Shown here: piece by piece, positions 1-7,890 of the stretch | How positions within the stretch are numbered: position 1 is the first letter of the stretch | How the letters are laid out: each line of letters starts with the position of its first letter | Origin: a virus | Lineage: Duplodnaviria > Caudoviricetes | DNA: 42,246 nucleotides | IMG/VR virus record: IMGVR_UViG_3300023283_000230 | Location: 1 to 42,246 of that record | Reading direction: 5' to 3' (one strand) | Notes under the pieces: model-generated | The model's input: the letters and a program-made list of their open reading frames with translations, nothing else | Databases searched by the model: none | Told to the model about the DNA's origin: nothing | Translations under genes and position numbers: made by a program

Positions 1-151
1 AATCAGCTCTGTCACCCGGCAACACGGGAAGCTCGTAGTCCTCTGGGAGGAGCTCGCGACTGGAGATCAAGGCGCGGTCTTCGAGCCCCCGCCGGGCTAC
101 GCGTTGGACAGCATGCAGTTCACGGGGACGTTCGGGGGCGGTACCGCCAAG
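1..151. repeat. Terminal overlap copy 1 (circular assembly)
   Basis: 1-151 equals 42096-42246 except T104 vs C42199. The overlap falls inside a gene. Confidence 0.97.
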
Positions 152-325
152 ATCGAAGGTTCGAACGAACCGGGCGGCGCGGGAACATACTCAGAGGTTG
201 AGGCCACGGGCGTTGCTGCGGACGGGCTGGTCTTTCCGACGGGCCAAGCGCTGTTTTTTCGGCCGGCGTTGGCCGGCGGCACCGGGGGCGACGTTGATGC
301 GCGGGCGCTCTTCGCCGAGCGGTAA
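1..325 (+). CDS. 3' part of a small virion/capsid-associated protein that starts at 42082 across the junction
   Basis: Frame is continuous with ATG 42082 (MATKAISSVTRQHGKLVVLWEEL...QFTGTFGGGTAKIEGSNE...). Gly/Thr-rich and lies in the capsid gene cluster. Confidence 0.75.
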   Translation, partial: ISSVTRQHGKLVVLWEELATGDQGAVFEPPPGYALDSMQFTGTFGGGTAKIEGSNEPGGAGTYSEVEATGVAADGLVFPTGQALFFRPALAGGTGGDVDARALFAER

Positions 326-339
326 CGAGGAACTTTACG

Positions 340-780
340 ATGGCGGATTTTGTGTACAACATCGCGCTGGGGCGCGCGGTGCAGAAGGTGGTGAGCTTCC
401 CCAGCAAGCTCCTCGTGTTGCTGCTCAAGGCGGCGGAGGCGGACGATGCCCTCCGGGATCACGACGAGTTGGCGGCACTGTTGGGCGCGGTTGGCAACAC
501 CGAGGCCGACTTCACGAACTACGAGAGGAAAGAGGCGTTGGCCGAAACGGTCACCCTCGACGACACGAACAACCGTGTCGATATCGACGTGGCGGATCAG
601 ACTTGGACTAGTGCAGGCAACGGCACGAACAACACGCTCACGGATCTGATCGTGGCGGTTGAGGAGTCCGCGGCGGAGTCGGGCCGGGTGCCGCTCACCA
701 ACCACGATTTCGCGGTCACGACTGATGGTAGCGACATCACGGCGCAGTTTGACGCCAACGGCTTCTACCGGGCGTCGTAG
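340..780 (+). CDS. Virion structural protein (small beta-rich subunit, possible fibre/appendage subunit)
   Basis: GAGG RBS; 146 aa, acidic and Thr/Asp-rich; structural gene context. Confidence 0.7.
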   Translation: MADFVYNIALGRAVQKVVSFPSKLLVLLLKAAEADDALRDHDELAALLGAVGNTEADFTNYERKEALAETVTLDDTNNRVDIDVADQTWTSAGNGTNNTLTDLIVAVEESAAESGRVPLTNHDFAVTTDGSDITAQFDANGFYRAS

Positions 781-791
781 GAGGAGCCAGC

Positions 792-1286
792 ATGGCCAAG
801 CGACCGAACGTTGAACTCCCGGCCTACCTTAAGCACGATGGGAAGGACACGATCTACATCGACCCCGACGTAGCGTACCCGGAGTTTCTGGCGGACATCA
901 AGGATCTCGGTGAATTCGAGATTAGGGTGCCCGCTCCTGAGGGTGGGGAGGAGCGTATCGCGTTGGAGTACAAAGGGCCTGACCAATACTGGGTCGAGGT
1001 GTGTTACAACCTCGCGAAGCTCGACAGCGTGTTCTGGTGCAGCGTGTGTCGGCGCCCGGCGTTTCGCAGGCGCGTGATCCGCAGCAAGAATCCGAACTAC
1101 AAAGCTCGATGGGCGCGGGACAGACTACCGCGGGGTCGTATGGAAATCATCGAGCAGAAGTACGGACAGGTGCCCGGGGTCCCCTATACGGGCCCGTTGT
1201 CGAAGGCAGAAGCGCAGGTGCGACGTGAGGCCCGGCAGATCTTTCAGCGGTTGCGAGGCGCGATGCCGCGCATGACGATGGTATAG
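792..1286 (+). CDS. Hypothetical protein
   Basis: GGAGGAG RBS; tiles between neighbouring genes. Confidence 0.7.
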   Translation: MAKRPNVELPAYLKHDGKDTIYIDPDVAYPEFLADIKDLGEFEIRVPAPEGGEERIALEYKGPDQYWVEVCYNLAKLDSVFWCSVCRRPAFRRRVIRSKNPNYKARWARDRLPRGRMEIIEQKYGQVPGVPYTGPLSKAEAQVRREARQIFQRLRGAMPRMTMV

Positions 1287-1290
1287 CCTG

Positions 1291-2484
1291 ATGGGTCTGG
1301 TCTTCCGCAACCTCGTCCGCGAGGTCGCTAACAACCAGCCGACGGCTGCGCAGGACTACGACCTCACGGGCACCGGCGACCGTTCGCACCGCAGTTTCGC
1401 CGCCGCATTCGCCGACGCCGAGGAAACGTACATCTTCGCCTTCGAGCAAGACGCCAACGGCAACCTCGGGGGTGCGTGGGAGATCGTCCGGGTCACGTTT
1501 ACGGCCGGAACGCCGGACACGCTGTCGGGGCGGACGCTGCTCGCAAGCTCGACCGGGGCGCTCATCGACTGGAGCGCTGTGGGCGCAACGCCGGTGCTCG
1601 CGACGAACCTACCGGCGGAGTGGGTCGAGAACTTGCCAGACGCGACGACGGCAAAGGCAACCACCAAGCTGCAGGGAGTGCTGTCCGCCGGCACGCACGA
1701 GGCACACACGTTCGCTCTGCTCGGCGGGCTGGAGATCGGGGCGGTCGTCACCGCCGACGCCAACCAGATGGGCACGGCGGGCGAGCTGTTTCGGTGGGAT
1801 ATCTCCGGCCTCACGACCGCGAACAAGACCTTCACGTTGCCCGGCTCGGCGGACATCCAAGTCGGCGAGCGTGTGGGGCTCTACATCGACACCGGCGACG
1901 ACGCCTTCGAGGTCGAGGTCCGCACGAATGCGCTCGGCGACACCATCCGCGGCGTTGACCGCTCGGCTGCCTCGGGGCCGTGGGTCCTCTTCATCACCGG
2001 CGAGATGCTAGTGTTCGAGTGCCTGGAAAACGGCGGCGCGGGCGCAGTCAAGTGGACAGTGGTACATGACGAGCGGATCCCACAATTCGCGCGTGCAACG
2101 GGGTCATGGACGCATGATTCTTCCGGCGCGTTCCTCGACGTCCAGATCGACACCATCGTCGACGACATCGGTGACATTGTTGATCTAGCAAACAACCGCT
2201 TCATTGGTCGGCGTGAGGCCATCTATGTGGGCGTAGTGGAAAGCTCCTTTACGTCCGACCAGACCGGGGAAGATCGATTAATTTTGGACTTAGAGTTCGA
2301 CGGTTCATTCGTCGCCCGTACGACGTGGCAGCATGAGGTGACTGGCACAGTTGGCGGCACAGTGGCCGGCGCGGGTCTTGCTGCGGCCGGGGTTGTTATC
2401 GACGCCGACTTTTTCCAGGAAGAATCGTCCTCTGAGGCTGTTGCCTCTCGGCTTACAGTTTACGAGCAGTTGGTTAAGGCATGA
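1291..2484 (+). CDS. Fibre/receptor-binding protein with phage fibre N-domain and C1q/TNF-like C-terminal domain
   Basis: N-terminus (LVREV...WEIVRVTF...TLSGRTLLASSTGALIDWS) resembles the common DRVKET...WEVG...LSRT phage fibre domain. C-terminal F-x-A...DT...D..NNRF....AIY pattern is C1q-like. Confidence 0.65.
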   Translation: MGLVFRNLVREVANNQPTAAQDYDLTGTGDRSHRSFAAAFADAEETYIFAFEQDANGNLGGAWEIVRVTFTAGTPDTLSGRTLLASSTGALIDWSAVGATPVLATNLPAEWVENLPDATTAKATTKLQGVLSAGTHEAHTFALLGGLEIGAVVTADANQMGTAGELFRWDISGLTTANKTFTLPGSADIQVGERVGLYIDTGDDAFEVEVRTNALGDTIRGVDRSAASGPWVLFITGEMLVFECLENGGAGAVKWTVVHDERIPQFARATGSWTHDSSGAFLDVQIDTIVDDIGDIVDLANNRFIGRREAIYVGVVESSFTSDQTGEDRLILDLEFDGSFVARTTWQHEVTGTVGGTVAGAGLAAAGVVIDADFFQEESSSEAVASRLTVYEQLVKA

Positions 2485-2882
2485 GCTACGAAGACGGGGC
2501 ACAGCACGCCTGCGAGGCGATGGGGTTCGGGCAAAACGGCGTAGCGTTCTTCTTTCGCGGCGCCAAGGCAGGCATCGGCCTAGAGATCAAAGAGTGGGCC
2601 GCCCCGACCGGTCCGCCGACCGAGCAGGAAGTTGCCGCTGTGCTTGCCGACGCCACCCCGCTCCCGAGCGGCCAGCTCTTCTCTGCCTGGCTCGCCGAAC
2701 ATGGCGGTGATCCTGTCACGACGCGCCGGCGCCTCGCCCGCGAGGCCGTCGATGCGCTGACGCCCGAGTCGATGGCGCGCCGGGCCTACGGCGCGGCGAT
2801 ACACGAATCTACCGGCATAGAGACGGAGCGCGAGCTGCGCGACCGGGCGAAGGCCATCATTGATGAGGGGCGGGTGGGATGA
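2481..2882 (+). CDS. Probable fibre assembly chaperone (XkdW-like)
   Basis: IKEWAAPTGPPTEQEV motif; ATGA overlap directly after the fibre gene. Confidence 0.5.
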   Translation: MSYEDGAQHACEAMGFGQNGVAFFFRGAKAGIGLEIKEWAAPTGPPTEQEVAAVLADATPLPSGQLFSAWLAEHGGDPVTTRRRLAREAVDALTPESMARRAYGAAIHESTGIETERELRDRAKAIIDEGRVG

Positions 2883-3874
2883 TCGGCGCCCCGGGCAGCG
2901 TCGGCGGCGTCGAGGTCGGCGGGGTTGCGCGGATTCGCGCCGCCGCCGGACAAACCGTTGTCCTCGGGCTCGCGGTGGAGACCGATCTTGCGCGGGGGCT
3001 TTCCGCGGTCCTCAAGACGAAAACCGTTGGCCAAGCACTCGAGACTGGCTTAGCTTTCGACGTCGCGGCCGTCAAGTCGCTAGCCCTCGGCCAAGCGCTC
3101 GAAACCGACCTCGCGCAAGCGGCGCAGCACAGCAAGGCGGTCCAGCTCGGTCAAGCATTGGAGGCTAACCTCGCGCAACCGGTCATGGCGCTGCGGGTGT
3201 TCACCCTGGGGCAAGCGCTAGAGACCGATCTCGCTCAGGCCGTGACGTTCATCCAGGGCAAGACTGTGCTTGTAGGGCAAGCACTTGAAACAGATCTCGC
3301 CCGGGCTGTCGGCTCGGCTAAGGCGCGCGTGATTGCTCAGGCACTTGAAACCGATTTAGCGCAGGCAGTTAGCGCTCAGCGTGTTTTTGCCCTCGGCCAG
3401 GCTACGGAAACCGACTTGGCTCAGGCGGCGCAACACAGCAAAGCTGTACAGTTAGGCCAAGCTCTGGAGGCTGATCAAGCACCGGGCGCGACGGCGGGGC
3501 GGACGCTGACCCTAGGGCAAGCGACTGAATCGGATTTGGCGCCAAACGTTACTGCCGTGAAGGGCGTCATCGTCGTGATCGGACAAGCCGGCGAAACCGA
3601 TACCGCCCGGGTGGTGACGGTAGTTGGGGGCGGGACGGGGGTGTCAGCTCGTTATCTCGGCATGACCAAATCTGCCGTACGGTTCTTATCGGATGATGTA
3701 GCCGGTTTGGACTCAGGCGGTACGTTGAGCGGGGGCCAAGTAGTACAAGTGGTCTTCGACGATACGGTATTCACTTCAGAGCAAGAGGGAAAACAGCGGC
3801 TTCTCGCGGCACTTGAGATCATCCAGTCCTTCATCGAGTCGGCTGATGAGTGGCCGATCACGGAGGATTCGTAA
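2879..3874 (+). CDS. Repeat-containing virion protein: 11 repeats of ~20 aa plus a C-terminal domain paralogous to 41839-42072
   Basis: LGQALETDLA repeats, a GGGTG linker, and a last 77 aa that are 47/77 identical (ungapped) to the 41839 protein. Confidence 0.85.
   Translation: MIGAPGSVGGVEVGGVARIRAAAGQTVVLGLAVETDLARGLSAVLKTKTVGQALETGLAFDVAAVKSLALGQALETDLAQAAQHSKAVQLGQALEANLAQPVMALRVFTLGQALETDLAQAVTFIQGKTVLVGQALETDLARAVGSAKARVIAQALETDLAQAVSAQRVFALGQATETDLAQAAQHSKAVQLGQALEADQAPGATAGRTLTLGQATESDLAPNVTAVKGVIVVIGQAGETDTARVVTVVGGGTGVSARYLGMTKSAVRFLSDDVAGLDSGGTLSGGQVVQVVFDDTVFTSEQEGKQRLLAALEIIQSFIESADEWPITEDS
2963..3625 (+). repeat. 11 degenerate ~60-bp coding repeats (LGQALETDLAQ...)
   Basis: Visible in the translation; codons are diverged between copies. 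Confidence 0.85.
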
Positions 3875-4050
3875 TGCTGACGCGCGTTAAGCGCTGGGCG
3901 CAGGCGGTACGGGAGCACGTCATTGTTGGAGTGTTCTTGCTCGGAGTTGCGGCCTCCGTATTCATTCTGGCCGCCGGGGTGCTCCTCGGTGTAATAGGCA
4001 GGCGCAAGCGGAGGAGCCCCCATGGCCGTCTCCAACACGAGCATCGCTAA
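3874..4050 (+). CDS. Small membrane protein
   Basis: TAATG overlap with the upstream gene, GGAGG upstream, one long hydrophobic stretch then an RRKRR basic tail. Confidence 0.55.
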   Translation: MLTRVKRWAQAVREHVIVGVFLLGVAASVFILAAGVLLGVIGRRKRRSPHGRLQHEHR

Positions 4051-4600
4051 CCGGGCGCTCCAGTTGCTCGGCGCGCGGCGCATCGAGAGCCTCGCCGAGG
4101 ACAGCACGAACGCCAAGGCGATGAACGCCGCGTTCGAGCCGCTCCGAAAGGCGTTACTACGTAAGCATCAGTGGAATTTCGCCACCAAGCGGGCGTCCAT
4201 CGCGGCGGACTCCACTGAGACGCTGTACGAGGGGCTGAATCGTTTCCGCCTGCCGGATGATTTCCTCGCGCTCCGCCGCAGACAAACCACGGCGACGCGC
4301 ACGGACAGGCAGGACTGGCAGATCGAGGGCAACTTCATCGTAACCTCGGATTCTGCGCCCCTCGAGATCCGGTACACCTACGACGTTACGGATCCCGCGC
4401 AGTTCGACTCCCTCTTCACCGAGTTGCTCGCCGTAGAGCTGGCTCTGGCCGTGGTGGACACCATCACCGGCAGCAACGTGAAGCGCCAGACGCTGGTCTT
4501 CTTCCGCGACGACCTCCTATTCAGTGCGCGCAAGGCCAACGCTTTTGAGTCTGATCCAGGCGAGCCTCCCGAGGACGACTGGGTCAAGTCGATGCGGTAA
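4022..4600 (+). CDS. Tail tubular protein A / adaptor (T7 gp11-like)
   Basis: SIANRALQLLG...WNFA...LPDDFL...FDSLF motifs; position before tube B. Confidence 0.85.
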   Translation: MAVSNTSIANRALQLLGARRIESLAEDSTNAKAMNAAFEPLRKALLRKHQWNFATKRASIAADSTETLYEGLNRFRLPDDFLALRRRQTTATRTDRQDWQIEGNFIVTSDSAPLEIRYTYDVTDPAQFDSLFTELLAVELALAVVDTITGSNVKRQTLVFFRDDLLFSARKANAFESDPGEPPEDDWVKSMR

Positions 4601-4606
4601 GCCGCC

Positions 4607-6907
4607 GTGCCGAAAGCCAGCGTCATTCAGAACAGCTTCGCTGCGGGGGAGCTGTCGCCTCAGCTTCTTGGTCGCCAAGATCTGGAGAGCTACGCCCTCG
4701 GCCTGCGCACTTGCCGCAACGCCCTTGTGCTCGCCCAGGGCGCATGGACGCGCCGCCCGGGGTTCGCGCACAAAAAGACTACGAAGTTCGGGGCCGCGCG
4801 TAAGTCTCGTCTTCTTTCTTTTGAGTTCGACGAGACCTCGGCTTACGGGCTCGAGTTCGGCCATCTATACCTGCGGTTCTTTCTGGACGGCGAGGTCGTT
4901 ACAAAGACCGCGCAGACCATAGAGGCGATCACGCAAGCCAACCCCGGAGTCATCACGATCACCGGGCATGGATACACCAACGGTCAGCGCCTGCATGTAG
5001 ACGGTGATGTGGGCGGGATGCATCAGTTACGTCTGCGCGAGGTCGAGGTTGCGAACAAGACGGCCAATACCTTCGAGATCAAAGATATCGACGGCAACGA
5101 TATCGATACCACGGGCTTTGACGCCTTTACGTCTGGCGGCACCGTCGCTGAAATTGAAGAGGTGACGACGCCCTACGAAGAGGACGATGTCGAGGCTCTA
5201 GTCTTGGCGCAGGTGGAGGCCAAAGCGTATATCTTTCACCCAGACAACGCTATTCAGGTGCTGACCCGGACCAACGCTACGACGTTTGCCCTGGGCAGTT
5301 TCAGTTTTGGCGACGGGCCATATTTACCGCCTAACACGACCACTACCACGTTGACCCCGGGCTCGGCTCTGAACGGAGAGTTTACGACGATAACCGCTTC
5401 AGATGTTGTGGGGATTAACGACGGTCAAGGGTTCTTGTCTACCGATGTAAACCGCGTTATCCGCACTCAGATAAGCGGGACCTGGGGGGCGTCGCTCATT
5501 ACGGGTGTGAATTCGACTACCTCGGTTGATGTGCTCAACCTGACCGCTCTCGGAGGCACCTCTGCCACCAGCACTTGGCGCCTGGGGCTGTGGTCAGACA
5601 CTACGGGTTTTCCTTCCGTAGGGGCCTTCTTTGAAGACCGGCTGTGGACGGGCGGCGTTTCCGTCGCGCCCCAACGTTTTGACGGTTCGCGCCCGGGGCT
5701 GTACGAAGATTTCAAACCTACGGCTGCGGACGGCACGGTTGCGGACGACAACGCCATATCCTTTACGCTGGCGTCGAAGAGCAGGCAGAGGCTGCGCTGG
5801 TTGCTGGATGACGCTCTCGGTCTTGTCGCCGGGACCACGGGTGGCGAGTGGGTGATCCGTGCGTCCGCCGAAGGCGAAGCGCTTACCCCGGCCAACGTCA
5901 CGGCGAGAAAACTGACCTCGCACGGGAGCGCGTCCATCCAGGCGGTGAATGCTCTGCGCTCCATCCTGTTCGTGCAGCGCGCCGCACGGAAGCTGCGTGA
6001 GTTCCGCGACACCGGACGCGATGGTATTACCTCGCCGGATGTGAGCCTCCTCTCCAACCATTTATTCGTCAGCGCGGTCAAAGAGCTTAGCTTTCAGCAG
6101 TCGCCCCAGCCTGTCTTGTGGCTGGTGCGTAACGATGGCGATCTGCTCGGATTCACGTTCGACGAGTCCGCTGGCGTATTCGCTTGGCACCAGCATCAGA
6201 TGGGTGGTACGAGTGACGCGGCGGGGACACACGCGCTGGTGGAGTCGGTGCTGTCGGTTTCCTCCGCGGATGGGTCTCGAGATCTGATCTATGCCATTGT
6301 CACCCGGAGAGTCAACGGCGTTATCCGCCGAGACGTTGAGGTCCAAGCCAAAGTCTGGGAGGACGGCGACGTACTCGCGGACTCGGTGCACCTGGACAGT
6401 GCACTCGCGTTTACGTTCTCTCCTGCTTCTGCCACGGTGCAGGGGCTGTCTCACCTTGAGGGAGAGACGGTGACCATTCTCGCCGACGGCGCTGCGCATC
6501 CGGATAAGACGGTGGTCAACGGCGAGATCACTCTCGATGCTGCCGCAGACAAGGTGACTGTGGGGTTGCCCTATCCGAGCGATGGGCTTCAGCTTCCGGT
6601 CGAGGCGGGCTCGGCGGATGGCTCCGCCCAAGGCAAGACCAAGCGGATCCAACGTGTGGGTTTCTGGTTATTTGATACCCTCGGGCTCAAGTTTGGTACG
6701 GATGCGGGCAACCTCACCGAGCACTTCTCTCGTGAGTGGGCGGAGGCTAACTGGGGCGAGGCCAGCACGCTGTTCTCCGGGGTGGTGCGGGAATCGTTTG
6801 ATGGAGACTACGACAAGCTGGGGCAGGTCTTCTGGCGGGCAGAAGGCCCCTTCCCGGCAACCGTGCTGGCGGTTATGCGCCAGGTGCAGACTGAGGACGA
6901 TACGTAA
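4607..6907 (+). CDS. Tail tubular protein B / nozzle (T7 gp12-like) with an inserted FCCH-like beta domain
   Basis: QNSFAAGELSP...RRPG N-terminus, GFPSVGAFFEDRLW and AWHQH motifs; ITQANPGVIT..HG insert. Confidence 0.9.
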   Translation: MPKASVIQNSFAAGELSPQLLGRQDLESYALGLRTCRNALVLAQGAWTRRPGFAHKKTTKFGAARKSRLLSFEFDETSAYGLEFGHLYLRFFLDGEVVTKTAQTIEAITQANPGVITITGHGYTNGQRLHVDGDVGGMHQLRLREVEVANKTANTFEIKDIDGNDIDTTGFDAFTSGGTVAEIEEVTTPYEEDDVEALVLAQVEAKAYIFHPDNAIQVLTRTNATTFALGSFSFGDGPYLPPNTTTTTLTPGSALNGEFTTITASDVVGINDGQGFLSTDVNRVIRTQISGTWGASLITGVNSTTSVDVLNLTALGGTSATSTWRLGLWSDTTGFPSVGAFFEDRLWTGGVSVAPQRFDGSRPGLYEDFKPTAADGTVADDNAISFTLASKSRQRLRWLLDDALGLVAGTTGGEWVIRASAEGEALTPANVTARKLTSHGSASIQAVNALRSILFVQRAARKLREFRDTGRDGITSPDVSLLSNHLFVSAVKELSFQQSPQPVLWLVRNDGDLLGFTFDESAGVFAWHQHQMGGTSDAAGTHALVESVLSVSSADGSRDLIYAIVTRRVNGVIRRDVEVQAKVWEDGDVLADSVHLDSALAFTFSPASATVQGLSHLEGETVTILADGAAHPDKTVVNGEITLDAAADKVTVGLPYPSDGLQLPVEAGSADGSAQGKTKRIQRVGFWLFDTLGLKFGTDAGNLTEHFSREWAEANWGEASTLFSGVVRESFDGDYDKLGQVFWRAEGPFPATVLAVMRQVQTEDDT

Positions 6908-7887
6908 TGGCCGAGATTCCTGTCCAGCGCAGGCGTAGCGTTTTTCAGAGCAGGCGCAACTTTTTCGGCGGCCGAGTCGGCGGGTTCACGCAGATACCGG
7001 TGCCGGGGACTTCGCAGGCCGCTGCGGCAGCCGCCCCCGCGGCAGCCCCGGCGGTCTCGCCTCTCGCTCAGATCGGTATCGATCTCATACGCCGGGGGGC
7101 GCAGACCCAAGCCCGAGGCATCCAGCAGCAAGCCGCCGCCCAGCGCGAGCAGCTCGACTTTCAAGCGGCACAAGCTCAGCGCGCAGGTGAAATCGACGCC
7201 CGGCAGGCCATCGCCCAAGCGCAAGCCGCGGAGTTCAACCGGGAAACGGCTTTGCGCGAGGCAGCCATCGTGCGCCAGGAAACTCAAGCAACGCTGCGCC
7301 AGGAGGGGCGCGCGGGGCGCCTGCGGCTCGGGGCCATCCGTGCTGCGACGGGGGGTGCCGGGATCCGACGTACTGGCTCGGCGGCCGACATACTGGCGGA
7401 TGTGGCTACTCAGAATCGACTCCAGGCCGCGAACATTCGTCTCGCGGGGGAAACCGAAGCCGGGCGCCTCGAGCGCACCGCTGGGCTTGAAGCGCAGCGG
7501 GCAGCCTTCGCCCGAGAGTCGGCTGAGAACATCCGCGCCAACGCGTCTCTCGCCGCGCGCAGGTTGAACCTCGCCGGTCAGCGGGCGGTGGAGGCCGGAG
7601 ACATCTCAGTGGAGAGTACCCTGCTCGCCGGCCGGCAGCAGGCCGCCTTCGCGCAGGAAGAAGCGCAGGCCGCCGCTCGGGCCGAGCAGCGTGCTACGCG
7701 GGCCGAACAGCGGGAGACGGCACGCGCGCAAGTTGCTGGCGGGCAGGCGCTGGCCAGCGCCGTGGCGGCGGGCCGCGCGCGCCAGCAACTGCGGCGTGAG
7801 ACCGAAGCGGTGGCTCGGACGCAACGTTTGCCCCAGCGGCAGGCGGCGTTGCAGCGGCCGGCGGTCCGAGTCTTGAGGAGGGTCTAA
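6907..7887 (+). CDS. Internal virion (ejection) protein, gp14-like
   Basis: Ala/Gln/Arg-rich helical protein with a GAGI..TGSAADIL motif; synteny. Confidence 0.7.
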   Translation: MAEIPVQRRRSVFQSRRNFFGGRVGGFTQIPVPGTSQAAAAAAPAAAPAVSPLAQIGIDLIRRGAQTQARGIQQQAAAQREQLDFQAAQAQRAGEIDARQAIAQAQAAEFNRETALREAAIVRQETQATLRQEGRAGRLRLGAIRAATGGAGIRRTGSAADILADVATQNRLQAANIRLAGETEAGRLERTAGLEAQRAAFARESAENIRANASLAARRLNLAGQRAVEAGDISVESTLLAGRQQAAFAQEEAQAAARAEQRATRAEQRETARAQVAGGQALASAVAAGRARQQLRRETEAVARTQRLPQRQAALQRPAVRVLRRV

Positions 7888-7890
7888 CTC

